Numbered from the stretch's first letter, positions 46,640 to 59,170 are shown. The stretch: 64,000 nt of DNA from Phycisphaerae bacterium (GCA_037139735.1 JBAXFU010000001.1:4603-68602), one strand, 5' to 3'. Numbers and translations: made by a program. Notes: generated from the letters alone by a model not told the origin.

Positions 46640-48160
46640 ATGGCCCACCTGCTCGGATACGACATCGGGACCTCGGGAACCAAGGTCGTCCTCTGCGACC
46701 CGCAGGGACTCCTCCTCGATGCCGCCACCGCGTGGTACCCGTTGCACCAGCCCCAGCCGGGGTGGTCGGAGCAAGCGCCGGAGGACTGGTGGAACGCCAC
46801 GCGAACAGCCACGCGACTGCTGCTGGCCCGCCACCCCGGCGTCACTGTTGCCGCGATCGGCCTGACGGGACAGATGCATGGCAGCGTGCTCCTGGGAGCC
46901 GATGCCGCCGCATCGGGAGGCGCTGCAGCCCCCCTGCGGCGAGCACTCCTCTGGAACGACCAACGCACCGGTGCGGAATGCGACGAGATCACGCGTGCGG
47001 CCGGGTCACCCCGCGACCTGGTCCGCATGGTCGGCAACGCCGCCTTGACGGGTTTCACGCTGCCCAAGTTGCTGTGGGTGCGTCGTCACGAGCCTCGGAT
47101 CTGGGCGGCCGTGCGGCACGTCCTGTGCCCGAAGGACTTCATCGCCTTCCGCCTGACGGGCGCGTTGGCGACCGATGTCGGTGACGCCTCGGGCATGCTC
47201 TGCTTCGACATCGACCAACGAGCCTTCTGCGAACCGCTGCTCAGGCGACTTGACCTCGATCGAACCCTGTTCCCGCACCCGCATGAATCGAGCGAGCACA
47301 TCGGAATACTCTCGAGGCACGCGGCTTCCGAGTTGGGGCTTGCCACCGCCGACATCCCCGTCATCATCGGCAGTGGCGACAACCAGGCGGGCGCCGTCGG
47401 CGCGGGCGTCGTGTCGGCGGGGACCGCCCTCATGATCTTGGGCACCAGCGGCGTGCTGCTCGCGCCATCGGACGCCCCCCTGCGGGACCTGCCGCCATCC
47501 GGGCCCGTCGGGCGGCTTCACGCCTTTTGTGCCGCGACAGGCCCGCGGCATTGGTGCGTCACGGGTTGCATGCTCGCGGCCGGCCTGTCGCTGCGGTGGG
47601 CCCGCGACCTGCTCCGGCCCGGCGCATGCTACGACGACCTGCTCGCCGAAGCGGCCACGGCGCCGGCCGGATGCGAGGGGCTGGTCTTCCTGCCCCACCT
47701 CACCGGCGAGCGGTGCCCGCATCCCGATCCGAAGGCGCGGGGCGCGTGGATCGGCTTGACGAGTCGTCACACGCGGGCGCACCTCCTCCGCTCGGTGGTC
47801 GAGGGAGTGGCGTTCAACATGGCGGAGATCGTCGGGCTCGCCCGTGCCGCAGGTGTTCCGGTGACCTCGCTGCGGACCTCGGGCGCGGGGTTCCGTTCCT
47901 CGCTATGGCGTCAACTCGTGTCGGATCTCACCGGGTGCCCGGTCGTCACGACCGGAACCGAAGAGGGAGGGGGAGCCCTCGGCGCAGCGCTGCTCGCCGC
48001 CGTCGGCATCGGGCGGTTCCGTGATGCCGCCGAGGCCTGCCATGTGGCCGTGCTTGAATCGGGACGCACGGAACCCAAGGCCGTGCAGCCCGAACTGGCG
48101 GCAACCCGTCAGATTCACGAAGGCATGTACCGCCGAATCGCGGGCGTGTGGGGGACGTGA
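46640..48160 (+). CDS. xylB: Xylulokinase (FGGY carbohydrate kinase)
   Basis: ATG at 46640. LLGYDIGTSGTKVV, GWSEQAPEDWW and GSGDNQAGAVGAG. Confidence 0.85.
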   Translation: MAHLLGYDIGTSGTKVVLCDPQGLLLDAATAWYPLHQPQPGWSEQAPEDWWNATRTATRLLLARHPGVTVAAIGLTGQMHGSVLLGADAAASGGAAAPLRRALLWNDQRTGAECDEITRAAGSPRDLVRMVGNAALTGFTLPKLLWVRRHEPRIWAAVRHVLCPKDFIAFRLTGALATDVGDASGMLCFDIDQRAFCEPLLRRLDLDRTLFPHPHESSEHIGILSRHAASELGLATADIPVIIGSGDNQAGAVGAGVVSAGTALMILGTSGVLLAPSDAPLRDLPPSGPVGRLHAFCAATGPRHWCVTGCMLAAGLSLRWARDLLRPGACYDDLLAEAATAPAGCEGLVFLPHLTGERCPHPDPKARGAWIGLTSRHTRAHLLRSVVEGVAFNMAEIVGLARAAGVPVTSLRTSGAGFRSSLWRQLVSDLTGCPVVTTGTEEGGGALGAALLAAVGIGRFRDAAEACHVAVLESGRTEPKAVQPELAATRQIHEGMYRRIAGVWGT

Positions 48161-48164
48161 AGCG

Positions 48165-49544
48165 TCAGGAGACTCCGGCGGCGGCGTAGCCCTCGAGGCA
48201 GCGGCGTGCCGCGGAGGTCCAGTCGAGTTTGGCGACTTCCATGGCGGAGTGGACGCGAAGCGTGCTGGCGAGCGCGGGGTTTCGAAGGACGGACACGATC
48301 TTGTTGGCAAGGTCGTCGACATCCCAGAAGTCGACCTTGAGGGCGTGCTGGATGACCTCCGCCGCGCCGCTCGTTCGACTGAGAATGACGGGCACCTGGT
48401 GCGAAAGCGCCTCGAGCGCGGCGATGCCGAAGGGTTCGCTGACGCTCGGCATCACGAAGACATCGGCCATGTCGAGCATTCGGGCCACGTCCTCTTCGCC
48501 GAGGAATCCGGTGAAGTGGATGCGACCGCCGATGCCGAGCGTGTTGGCCAGTTCCATCATCCGCAGGGACATGTCGCCCGATCCGGCGAGCACGAAGCGA
48601 GTGCGAGGGGCCACCTCGAGCACTCGCTTGGCGGCGTTGATGAAGTGCTCCGGCCCCTTCTGCCACGTGATCCGCCCGAGGAAGAGCACGATCTTCTCGG
48701 CCTCCGGGTCCTTGGGCGCGCGAGCGAAGAGCGGCGGTTCGGCGTCGATGCCGTTGTACACCACGTCCACCTTGCTGGGAGCGGTGCCGTAGCGACGCAC
48801 GATGACCGCCTTGGTCAACTGCGACACGGCGAAGACCCTCGAGGCGGCCTGCATGCCCGCACGCTCGAGTTCGACGACCCTCGCGTTGGGGTTGTTGCCC
48901 GCGCGGTCGTACTCGGTGGAGTGCAGGTGCACGACCAGCGGCTTGCGGCTGACCGCCGCAAGCATGATTCCCGCGGGAAACGTGAGCCAGTCGTGCGCGT
49001 GGATCACGTCGAACCGCTCGCCGCGGGTCAACGCCACCGCGAGCGTCGCGTAACGGTTGGCGTCGGCCACGAGGTCGAAGCCGTAGACAGGCACTTCGGT
49101 GGCGCGGGACACGGTGGCGACGGCCTGCGGCACCGGCGCCCCGGATTCGCCGACCGTCACTCGCCGCGTCTCGCCCAAGGCCTCCCGCTCGGCGGAGTCG
49201 ATCCTCGCGGAGGCGTCCGCCTCGAAGGCCGGGTAGGGGTGCGTGAAGGTGGCGGGAATGCGGATGAACCGAGTCCGCGAGAGTCCGCCGGTCTTCCACT
49301 CGGTGGTCTGGCCGGCTGGTCGGGCCGTCGCTGCGGAGGACCCTGCCAACGGCGCGACATCGCCGGGCGCCTTGATGCTGACTCGCCCGGGGGCGAGCCC
49401 CGCGTCGCGGTCGACCGGCCGGGGCAGCACGAACGTGATGTCGTGGCCCATGGCGTCGAGGGCGCGCGTGAGGCCGAAACAGGCCTGGCCCAGTCCGCCG
49501 GAGATGAAGGGCGGGAACTCCCAGCCCAGCATGAGAATGCGCAT
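48165..49544 (-). CDS. Glycosyltransferase family 4 (glycogen/starch-synthase-like N-terminus)
   Basis: MRILMLGWEFPPFISGGLGQACFGL, and the C-terminal GT-B motif VMPSVSEPFGIAALEA. Confidence 0.85.
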   Translation of the reverse strand: MRILMLGWEFPPFISGGLGQACFGLTRALDAMGHDITFVLPRPVDRDAGLAPGRVSIKAPGDVAPLAGSSAATARPAGQTTEWKTGGLSRTRFIRIPATFTHPYPAFEADASARIDSAEREALGETRRVTVGESGAPVPQAVATVSRATEVPVYGFDLVADANRYATLAVALTRGERFDVIHAHDWLTFPAGIMLAAVSRKPLVVHLHSTEYDRAGNNPNARVVELERAGMQAASRVFAVSQLTKAVIVRRYGTAPSKVDVVYNGIDAEPPLFARAPKDPEAEKIVLFLGRITWQKGPEHFINAAKRVLEVAPRTRFVLAGSGDMSLRMMELANTLGIGGRIHFTGFLGEEDVARMLDMADVFVMPSVSEPFGIAALEALSHQVPVILSRTSGAAEVIQHALKVDFWDVDDLANKIVSVLRNPALASTLRVHSAMEVAKLDWTSAARRCLEGYAAAGVS

Positions 49545-49597
49545 CGTCACGCGTCCTTGTCCGCGGGCGAAGGCCCGCTCGGAAATCGGCGAATCAC

Positions 49598-50101
49598 TCA
49601 GTCGTCGCCGCCGCCGGCATCCATGTCGCCCAGCCGCCGGAACGCGGCTTCATAGGCACGCAGCCACGACGCCGCGACCGACGCGGCGTGCGGCTCGCCA
49701 ACACCCACCGGCAGCCGCGACCGGAACGTGAAGAGCTTGTCTTCGGAGCGAAAGTGCTCGCACGGCGCCATTGCATCGCCAGGCTGCCGCTCGACGTAGT
49801 CGAGTTCGGCCAACTCCTCGGCCACGAGTTCCTCGATCTTGTCGCCGGTGTTCAGCAAGTCGGCTTCGATCGAGTGGCTCTGCCAGCGATCGGCCATCAG
49901 CAGTGAGACGTACAGGGACTCGCCTTCCCGGCTGACTCGGTACGTCGCGGGCTGGGCCGAACCGGTGGCCGGGCAGTCGATGTGGTCCGCGTGAATCTCG
50001 CACGGACCAAAGAGCCCGGTCGACGTCGCCGCCTTCGCCACCGACGCCCAGAGTGTCGTCAACGTGCTTCCCATATCCGTCCTTGCCGTCGTCATGGTCA
50101 T
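49598..50101 (-). CDS. Hypothetical acidic protein (167 aa)
   Basis: Coding-like composition, 53 nt upstream of and co-directional with the GT4 gene. No domain recognised. Confidence 0.55.
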   Translation of the reverse strand: MTMTTARTDMGSTLTTLWASVAKAATSTGLFGPCEIHADHIDCPATGSAQPATYRVSREGESLYVSLLMADRWQSHSIEADLLNTGDKIEELVAEELAELDYVERQPGDAMAPCEHFRSEDKLFTFRSRLPVGVGEPHAASVAASWLRAYEAAFRRLGDMDAGGGDD

Positions 50102-50270
50102 GGTCTAATAACTCTTTGGTCGCCAAAGGGAAAGGATAGTCGCCATGGGCGGGCCTCGATGTCCCGGGGCGTGGCCGGCGCAGGAGGCGACCGGTCTTCG
50201 CAACGTGCCGAGGGCGAATGGGTTGCGTCCTGAGCTGGTGAGCCGCGGCTCCGGAATGGGGATGGGGGTC

Positions 50271-50298
50271 TTGAGTCTGGGAAAATGCGGCGTATATT
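50271..50298 (+). promoter_or_regulatory. Possible sigma70-like promoter for tRNA-Leu (TTGAGT-16-TATATT)
   Basis: Hexamers at 50271-50276 and 50293-50298, with the tRNA starting 45 nt downstream. Confidence 0.4.
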
Positions 50299-50342
50299 TC
50301 CCCCCACCCCTCGGCAGGCCTTTCAGGGCCCGTCGAGCCACC

Positions 50343-52721
<2,379 letters not shown>

Positions 52722-52801
52722 GGCGCACCCCGGCGGGCCACCCTTTGGGTCGGGCCAAGGGCGACTTGGAGCCTCGGGGCGGTTACCCTTGAACGTCGCA
52801 C

Positions 52802-53209
52802 ATGAACTCCGCTGTTCGACCCAAGCACGATTCCACCTGCACGACGGGGAACTTCACCGTTCGGGCGTCGCCTTTTTACCTGGCCGACAAGTCGAATCCC
52901 GAAGAGCGTCGGTATGTCTTCGCCTATCGCATGACGATCGAGTGCCACGGCCCGGTGGAAGCCCAACTGCTCTCTCGTCGCTGGCTGATCTGCGACGCCG
53001 AGGGCCACACGCACACGGTCGAGGGCGACGGCGTGATCGGAATGCAGCCTTCGTTCAGCGATGGCGTCACGTTCCAGTACACCAGCTATTGCCCGCTCGC
53101 GACTCGCTGGGGCACGATGGAAGGGTCGTTCACGATGGCCAAGCCCGACGGCGAAACCTTCGAGATCGCCATCGCCCGCTTCTATCTGGTCGCTCCGGGG
53201 GACGCGTGA
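52802..53209 (+). CDS. apaG: ApaG (DUF525) protein
   Basis: [18 protein letters not shown]...GDGVIGMQP is the ApaG signature; 135 aa. Confidence 0.85.
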   Translation: MNSAVRPKHDSTCTTGNFTVRASPFYLADKSNPEERRYVFAYRMTIECHGPVEAQLLSRRWLICDAEGHTHTVEGDGVIGMQPSFSDGVTFQYTSYCPLATRWGTMEGSFTMAKPDGETFEIAIARFYLVAPGDA

Positions 53210-53406
53210 AGGTCGTCGTCAACGGCGAGGCCACGGATGTTCTCGACGGCACGACCGTCCGTGCGATGATCGAGTCGCTCGGACTCGGTCGCGGCGCGTG
53301 TGCCGGCGAGGTGAACAAGGAACTGGTGCCCCGGCGGGAACACGAGACGCGGCAGCTCCGCGAGGGCGACATCGTCGAAATTGTTTCGCTCGTGGGCGGC
53401 GGTTGA
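53206..53406 (+). CDS. thiS: Sulfur-carrier protein ThiS
   Basis: The GTG at 53206 overlaps the apaG stop (GTGA). VKVVVNGEA...[13 protein letters not shown] has the C-terminal Gly-Gly; 66 aa, upstream of thiG. Confidence 0.8.
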   Translation: MKVVVNGEATDVLDGTTVRAMIESLGLGRGACAGEVNKELVPRREHETRQLREGDIVEIVSLVGGG

Positions 53407-53465
53407 GCGACTGGCGACGGCAGGGCGCCGGTGGGCGGCCGGGCGATTGTGTACCATCGCTCGCC

Positions 53466-54302
53466 ATGAACGCCGAACCCGGTCACACCCCCTTCACCAT
53501 CGCCGGCCGCACCTTCTCGAGCCGCCTCTTCGTCGGCACCGGCAAGCACCGCACGCTCGACCTGATGCGAGATTCGCTCGCGGCCAGCGGCTGCGAAGTC
53601 GTGACCGTGGCCGTGCGTCGCGAGCGTCTGTACAACGAGCAAGGGCAGAGCCTGCTCGACGCCCTCGACCTGAACCGCTACACCATCCTGCCCAACACGG
53701 CGGGCTGCTTCAGCGTGGAGGACGCGGTGCGGGTGTCGCGACTGGGCCGCGACCTGCTCGAGCAACTGGGCAACCCCGGCGCCGACTGGGTGAAGCTCGA
53801 GGTGCTCGGCGACCGCAAGACGCTCCTGCCCGACCCGGCAGGCACCGTCGAGGCCACGCGGATCCTCGTGAAGGAGGGGTTCAAGGTGCTCGCGTACACG
53901 AGCGACGACCCCATCGCCGCCCTTCGCATCAAGGAGGCGGGCGCGTCGAGCGTCATGCCCGCGGGCAGCCCCATCGGCAGCGGCCAGGGCGTGCTGAACC
54001 GCAACAACATCATCCTGTGCCTCGAACTGCTCAAGCAGGGCGACGCGAACTACCCGGTGATCGTGGATGCAGGCGTGGGCTCGGCGAGCGACGTCGCCCA
54101 GGCGATGGAACTCGGCGCCGACGGCGTGCTCCTGAACACGGCCATCGCGCACGCCAAGGACCCGGTCATGATGGCGCACGCCATGCGCCATGGGTGCGAA
54201 GGCGGACGCCAGTCATACCTCGCCGGACGAATCCCCAAGAAGCTGTACGCCACGGCGAGCAGCCCTTGGGAGGGCGTGATCTCGCACATCCCGGGCGAAT
54301 GA
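53466..54302 (+). CDS. thiG: Thiazole synthase
   Basis: ATG at 53466. [30 protein letters not shown] and [13 protein letters not shown]. Confidence 0.93.
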   Translation: MNAEPGHTPFTIAGRTFSSRLFVGTGKHRTLDLMRDSLAASGCEVVTVAVRRERLYNEQGQSLLDALDLNRYTILPNTAGCFSVEDAVRVSRLGRDLLEQLGNPGADWVKLEVLGDRKTLLPDPAGTVEATRILVKEGFKVLAYTSDDPIAALRIKEAGASSVMPAGSPIGSGQGVLNRNNIILCLELLKQGDANYPVIVDAGVGSASDVAQAMELGADGVLLNTAIAHAKDPVMMAHAMRHGCEGGRQSYLAGRIPKKLYATASSPWEGVISHIPGE

Positions 54303-54312
54303 GCCGGGAGGC

Positions 54313-54747
54313 TCAGTCGCCGCCGCCGCCATCGCCGCCACCATCCCCGCCGCCCCCACCATCGTCGCCGCCCCACCCGCCGCCATCATCGGCGGGGTTG
54401 GCGTCGAGGTCACGCGTCAGGTCGCGATCATCGTCCGAGCTCACGCCCGGGTCGACCATCATCGGCCCATCTCCGCCCTGCTCGGCGCGACGTGTGGCTT
54501 GCTCCGTAGTCGCGTCGGACGCCGCGGCCGCTCCCAACGCCCCGGCGACTCCGAGCGGCATCCACGCGGCCGCACCCGGCCCCCGAGGCGTGGTATCGTC
54601 GCGGTCTCGATCATCGACACGCCATGCCGCCCGATCGCGCGCGGCGCGGGCGTTGCTCGCCCGCCGCGCCATGAGCATGATGGCGATCCACGCGCCGAGA
54701 AACGCGGCGACGAAGACCACCACACCGACGATCACCAGCACTCGCAT
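54313..54747 (-). CDS. Hypothetical membrane-anchored protein with Gly/Asp-rich C-terminus
   Basis: ATG at 54747. MRVLVIVGVVVFVAAFLGAWIAIMLMA transmembrane segment. Tail DDGGGWGGDDGGGGGDGGGDGGGGD. Confidence 0.5.
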   Translation of the reverse strand: MRVLVIVGVVVFVAAFLGAWIAIMLMARRASNARAARDRAAWRVDDRDRDDTTPRGPGAAAWMPLGVAGALGAAAASDATTEQATRRAEQGGDGPMMVDPGVSSDDDRDLTRDLDANPADDGGGWGGDDGGGGGDGGGDGGGGD

Positions 54748-54987
54748 CAGGACATCTCCCGGCTGGGGCCGACGCTCGCTCGACCGCCACGGGAGTGTAC
54801 CACGTCGCTTCGCCGAGGCTTGCCGGCATGACGGCGACCCCGGCCCCCTGCCCAAGACGACCGATATCCACCGGTCCCTCGCACGCAACCGACCCAACGG
54901 ATCCTGGCCTGGCTGCCGAGAGCGGCTCGCTCGACTTGCATTGATTCGGGCGACGTGACGGGCCGATCCTTCTCCGGGAGGCCCTCG

Positions 54988-55206
54988 ATGGAACTGTCGG
55001 ACCCCATGTCGCTCGTCTCAGGCCTGTTCGTCGGACTGATCGGCATGGCCTTGTTCATCTTCGGCAAGAAGCAGCAACGGCCACCCGCGCTGCTTGCGGG
55101 CGTGGTCCTCAGCGTGCTGCCGATGGTGGTGGCGTCGGCGGCGATCCTGTGGGGGCTGACGGCCGCGTGCCTTGGAGGCCTCTACCTCTTCGGTCGTGAG
55201 GGATGA
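54988..55206 (+). CDS. Hypothetical small membrane protein (72 aa)
   Basis: GGGAG lies 7 nt upstream of the ATG at 54988. Two to three hydrophobic helices. Confidence 0.45.
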   Translation: MELSDPMSLVSGLFVGLIGMALFIFGKKQQRPPALLAGVVLSVLPMVVASAAILWGLTAACLGGLYLFGREG

Positions 55207-55583
55207 CGTCGGCTCCGACGGTTCGCGGCGTCTCGCGATGGCGGAACCAGCGATCAAAGGGCTTGATGACGCAGAGTGATCACTCGGTCGGACATGACGA
55301 CATCAATGCCGCGCGGGCACACGGGAATTGACTTGCACCCAGAGGTCTGCCGGAGGCCTTGACCTCGCTTGCCCCGCAGAAGGCCGCCAGCGGCGTGAGA
55401 TCGGCCACAACCTTGTCAAGGCTTGAAACGGCGGTTATGTCCTCCGAAGGCCTTCAAGCCCTGCGCCGCGATGATGCCGCGATTCGCGCGAACTTGTTGT
55501 ATCGCTCACCCGGTCGAAGGATTGGGGCGGCATACTACGACATTCCCGGACCGCGAGGTTCTGTCGCACAAGGAGAGATTCAG

Positions 55584-57329
55584 ATGAAGAGCGCGAAAAT
55601 CCTGAAGGCATTCGAGTACGTCCTGACGGCTGGCCTTGCTTTGTCCGTGACGGCTGCGGCGCGGGCGCAACTTGTCAACGGCGTGGCGGCGGGCGAAACC
55701 ACTTCCTCCTCATCGCTGCTCTGGGCGCGCAGCCTTTCCGCGGGGACGGTGAACTTCGAGGTGGCGACGGACGCTGCGTTCACCAACATCGTTTCGTCAC
55801 GATCCGCGACGGTGGCCGACGTGACGGCTCCGGCGAAGGTCGCCGTGAACGGCCTGACGGCGGGGACTCAGTACTACTACCGTGCGACGGATGCGAGCGG
55901 CGGGACCGCCTCGGGCGCGTTCCGGACCGCTCGCGACTCGGGCCGCGCGGGCTTCCGCATGGGGGTCTCCGGCGACTGGCGAGGCGAACTGGCTCCGTAC
56001 CCGGCGTTGAGGAACGTCGCCGGCGCGAACCTTGACATGTGGATGAACCTCGGCGACACCATCTACGCGGACGTCTCGTCGCCCGCCGTCTCCGGCCAGG
56101 CACAAACGCTCTCGCAGTTCCGCGCCAAGCACAACGAGGTTCTCTCCGACCATCTGGGCATGAACGTCCACCGCGACATCAGGCAGTCGACCACGGTGTA
56201 CGCGACGATCGACGATCACGAGGTCACCAACGACTTTGCCGGCGGCGCCCCCGCCTCGAGCGATCCTCGCTTCGGAACCACGTCGGGCCTCATCAACCAG
56301 ACCTCGATGTTCAACAACGGACTCCAGGCATTCCAGGAGTACCACCCGATGGAGCATCGGGTCTGGTCGGGCACCGGCGACGCTCGCATGGAGGGCCGTC
56401 CCGACCTCTACCGCTCGCAGCGGTTCGGTCAGGACGCGCAGTTCTTCTCCGTCGACGCCCGCAGTTTCCGCGATCAGGAACTCCCCGGGGCCAACCCCGC
56501 CGATCCGTCGACCTTCCCCGGGTACGTCGCGAGCACGTTCACGCCCGGCCGCACCATGCTCGGCAACGCGCAGGTCGATCGCCTGAAGGCGGACCTGAGC
56601 GCCGCCCAGGCCTCGGGCGTCACGTGGAAGTTCGTGATGATGCCCGAACCCATCCAGAACCTCGGTGTTCTCAGCGCTTCGGACCGCTACGAGGGATACG
56701 CGGCCGAGCGCAACGCCCTCCTGCGTTACATCGATCAGAACGACATCGACAACGTCGTCTTCATCTCGGCCGACATTCACGGCACGCTGGTCAACAACCT
56801 CACGTACAACAACGCCCCGTTCCAGCCGCAGATCCAGAGCGGCGCGTGGGAGATCAGCACGGGGTCGGGCGCGTATGCCGCACCGTTCGGACCGACCGTC
56901 GCCGGTTTGGCGGCCTCGCTGGGCCTGCCGGGGTCCATTCCGCTGTCCACCTACCTGGCGCTCCCGGCCATGCAGCAGGAAGGGTACATTCAGGCCATCG
57001 TGAACAGCGGCCTGCAAGGTCTGGGCTACGACCTTCTCGGCTTGCAGGGCTCGGGCATTCCCCACCAGCTCCTGCAGGGCACGTGGACGGCGACCAACTC
57101 CTTCGGATGGACTCAGTTCGACGTCGATCCGATCACGCAGCGCCTGACGGTGACCACGTGGGGCACTCCGTGGTACGACGCCGCCTTCCTCCAAGCGAAC
57201 CCGGCGGTCGTCGCGAACATGCAGCCGCAGATCCTTCAGCAGTTCACCGTCGACGCCATCCCGTCGCCTGGAGCGGCGACGCTGCTGGCCATGGCCGCCC
57301 TCCGCGGCGGTCGCCGGCGTCGTCGCTGA
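55584..57329 (+). CDS. phoD: PhoD-family alkaline phosphatase/phosphodiesterase with PEP-CTERM-type tail
   Basis: AGGAGA RBS before the ATG at 55584. Signal sequence, LWARS...FEVATDAAF, GDTIYAD and IDDHEVTNDF. Tail IPSPGAATLLAMAALRGGRRRRR. Confidence 0.85.
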   Translation: MKSAKILKAFEYVLTAGLALSVTAAARAQLVNGVAAGETTSSSSLLWARSLSAGTVNFEVATDAAFTNIVSSRSATVADVTAPAKVAVNGLTAGTQYYYRATDASGGTASGAFRTARDSGRAGFRMGVSGDWRGELAPYPALRNVAGANLDMWMNLGDTIYADVSSPAVSGQAQTLSQFRAKHNEVLSDHLGMNVHRDIRQSTTVYATIDDHEVTNDFAGGAPASSDPRFGTTSGLINQTSMFNNGLQAFQEYHPMEHRVWSGTGDARMEGRPDLYRSQRFGQDAQFFSVDARSFRDQELPGANPADPSTFPGYVASTFTPGRTMLGNAQVDRLKADLSAAQASGVTWKFVMMPEPIQNLGVLSASDRYEGYAAERNALLRYIDQNDIDNVVFISADIHGTLVNNLTYNNAPFQPQIQSGAWEISTGSGAYAAPFGPTVAGLAASLGLPGSIPLSTYLALPAMQQEGYIQAIVNSGLQGLGYDLLGLQGSGIPHQLLQGTWTATNSFGWTQFDVDPITQRLTVTTWGTPWYDAAFLQANPAVVANMQPQILQQFTVDAIPSPGAATLLAMAALRGGRRRRR

Positions 57330-57370
57330 ACGGGCGTGGGCGACAACCGAACGAACGAGGCGGTAACTTC

Positions 57371-58219
57371 ATGTCGACTTCCGGTTACAAGCGTCCAATG
57401 GCCTGCCTGATCGTGATGGCCGCGGCATCGGCTCGTGCCGACGTCGTCGAGATCGTCGCGTCCCAGGACGCAACGCTCTTCGAGGACGCCGCCGGGGCCC
57501 TCGCCGATGGAGGGGGCCCCGGGCTCTTCGCCGGGTACACGCTCCGCAACTCGTCGAGATTCCGCCGCGCTTTGTTGAAGTTCGATCTCGACGCCGTCCC
57601 CGCCGACGCGGTCATCCTCGACGTGCGATTGAGCCTGTACGTGTCGCGGGCCATCAGCGACAACAACCCGGTGACGGTGCACGCAACGACCCGCCAGTGG
57701 AGCGAGGGGCCCACTGGCGCCGAGGGCGGCGGGGGCGGCGGCGGGCCAGCCGCCCCCGGGGACGCGACGTGGAGTCATGCGAACTGGCCGTCCGTGGCCT
57801 GGAGTTCGCCGGGGGGCGACTTCGTCGCTCGGCCGGTCGCCTCGGCCTTGGTGGGCTATGACGGCCCGGTCGTCTGGACATCGACAGCCGACTTCGTTTC
57901 GCTCGTGCGGCGCTGGCAAGAGAACCCCTCGTCGAACCACGGCCTGCTGTTGAAGGGCGACGAGACATCCAACGGCAGCGCCAAGCGTTTCGACAGTCGT
58001 GAAGGCTCCGTGCCCTCGCGCCGGCCCACCCTGATCGTCTCCTTCGCGCCTTGTCCCGCCGACTTCAATCGCGATGGCGGGGTGGACGGCGCGGACGTCG
58101 CAGGCTTTTTCGAGCGGTGGGAGCAAGGCGACGCGCGAAGCGACGTCAACCTCGATGGCGGGGTCGACGGGTCGGACGTCGAGCGATTCTTCCTGGTCTG
58201 GGAAGCCGGCGGCTGCTGA
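57371..58219 (+). CDS. DNRLRE-domain secreted protein with C-terminal dockerin-like module
   Basis: ATG at 57371 with a signal sequence. DATLFED...RRALLKFDLDAVPADAVILDVRLSLYV matches the DNRLRE pattern. Tail CPADFNRDGGVDGADVAGFF...DVNLDGGVDGSDVERFFLVWEAGGC. Confidence 0.8.
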   Translation: MSTSGYKRPMACLIVMAAASARADVVEIVASQDATLFEDAAGALADGGGPGLFAGYTLRNSSRFRRALLKFDLDAVPADAVILDVRLSLYVSRAISDNNPVTVHATTRQWSEGPTGAEGGGGGGGPAAPGDATWSHANWPSVAWSSPGGDFVARPVASALVGYDGPVVWTSTADFVSLVRRWQENPSSNHGLLLKGDETSNGSAKRFDSREGSVPSRRPTLIVSFAPCPADFNRDGGVDGADVAGFFERWEQGDARSDVNLDGGVDGSDVERFFLVWEAGGC

Positions 58220-58390
58220 CCCGCTTGGCCGGTTCGATCGACGTCGCAGGGGCACGATTCCTTCGCCACGCACCGTTCGACCCGCCACACGAGGGTCTCT
58301 GGCCCTCGCGATGATCGGTCTGCGGGGTCGGGCGTGAGGTCGCGTGGTCGGGTCGGCTCGGCCTGTTCGGACCCCGTTGGGCGATCGACG

Positions 58391-59170
58391 TCAGCGGCGA
58401 CGGAGCATCGCCCCGCCGCCGAGCAGCACGACCAGCCATGCGCCCGGCGACGGCGCCATCACGCCGCCGAGCGAGCGGTCCATGCGGATCTCATCGATCG
58501 CGGTCAGAAGGTTGCCGCTCTGGATGGCCAGCCCGTTGGTGTTCAGTGCGGCCGTGTCGATCCCCAGCAGCGGTTCGCCGAGTGCATCGACCGATGGCGG
58601 GTTGACCCAGCAATCGACGCGCTGACCGCCGCTGCGTGGCGAGAAACGCACCAGCACGAAGTTGGTGAGCAGCAGCGACACCGAACCCGGGGCGGATGCC
58701 ACGGTGACAAGGGGCTGACCAAAGACGCTGTGCGACACCTCGGCGCGCCCGAGGCCCGCCGTCCCCTGCGTGGAGACGTTCAGGGTGCTGCCGCCGTAGA
58801 ACTGAAGGACGACGTTGCCGTTGTTCCCGCCTTGGTTGGCGAGGAACGAGGCCCAATAGGTTTCGGTGGGGCGGAAGTTGGCCGCGTTCAGGTTCAGGCC
58901 GCGGGCGCTCCCGGTGGAGATCGCCCGGCCTCCGACCGGATCGATCGCCGACGGATGCGTGAGTCCGGGTTCCGCCATCGTGATCGAGATCGACCAGGGC
59001 GAGTTCGTGAAGCCGCTGCCGCCCACGGGCGGCGGGTTGGCGATGGTGTACGAGCCCGGCGGATACGAGAACCCGTCGTGCACGATCGACGCGAACGCGT
59101 CGGCGCCCGCATGCAGACTCGCGGCCACGACTCCACACCCGATCCACGACTTGGAGACACGAACTTTCAC
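58391..59170 (-). CDS. Secreted protein with PEP-CTERM-type tail
   Basis: GTG start with a signal-like N-terminus. Tail MAPSPGAWLVVLLGGGAMLRRR. Confidence 0.7.
   Translation of the reverse strand: MKVRVSKSWIGCGVVAASLHAGADAFASIVHDGFSYPPGSYTIANPPPVGGSGFTNSPWSISITMAEPGLTHPSAIDPVGGRAISTGSARGLNLNAANFRPTETYWASFLANQGGNNGNVVLQFYGGSTLNVSTQGTAGLGRAEVSHSVFGQPLVTVASAPGSVSLLLTNFVLVRFSPRSGGQRVDCWVNPPSVDALGEPLLGIDTAALNTNGLAIQSGNLLTAIDEIRMDRSLGGVMAPSPGAWLVVLLGGGAMLRRR

Noticed and set aside
52722-53205. TPP riboswitch upstream of thiS/thiG
   Set aside because: By eye I found no CUGAGA/ACCUGA core or P1-P5 architecture, and the region is occupied by the apaG CDS. This needs an Infernal scan to be certain.
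54303-54420. Plus-strand poly-Pro/Ser reading (SPPPPSPPPSPPPPPSSPPHPPP) within ORF 53381-54958
   Set aside because: It belongs to a 525-aa shadow ORF overlapping thiG in another frame. The simple sequence is better explained as the Gly/Asp tail of the minus-strand gene, or as non-coding.
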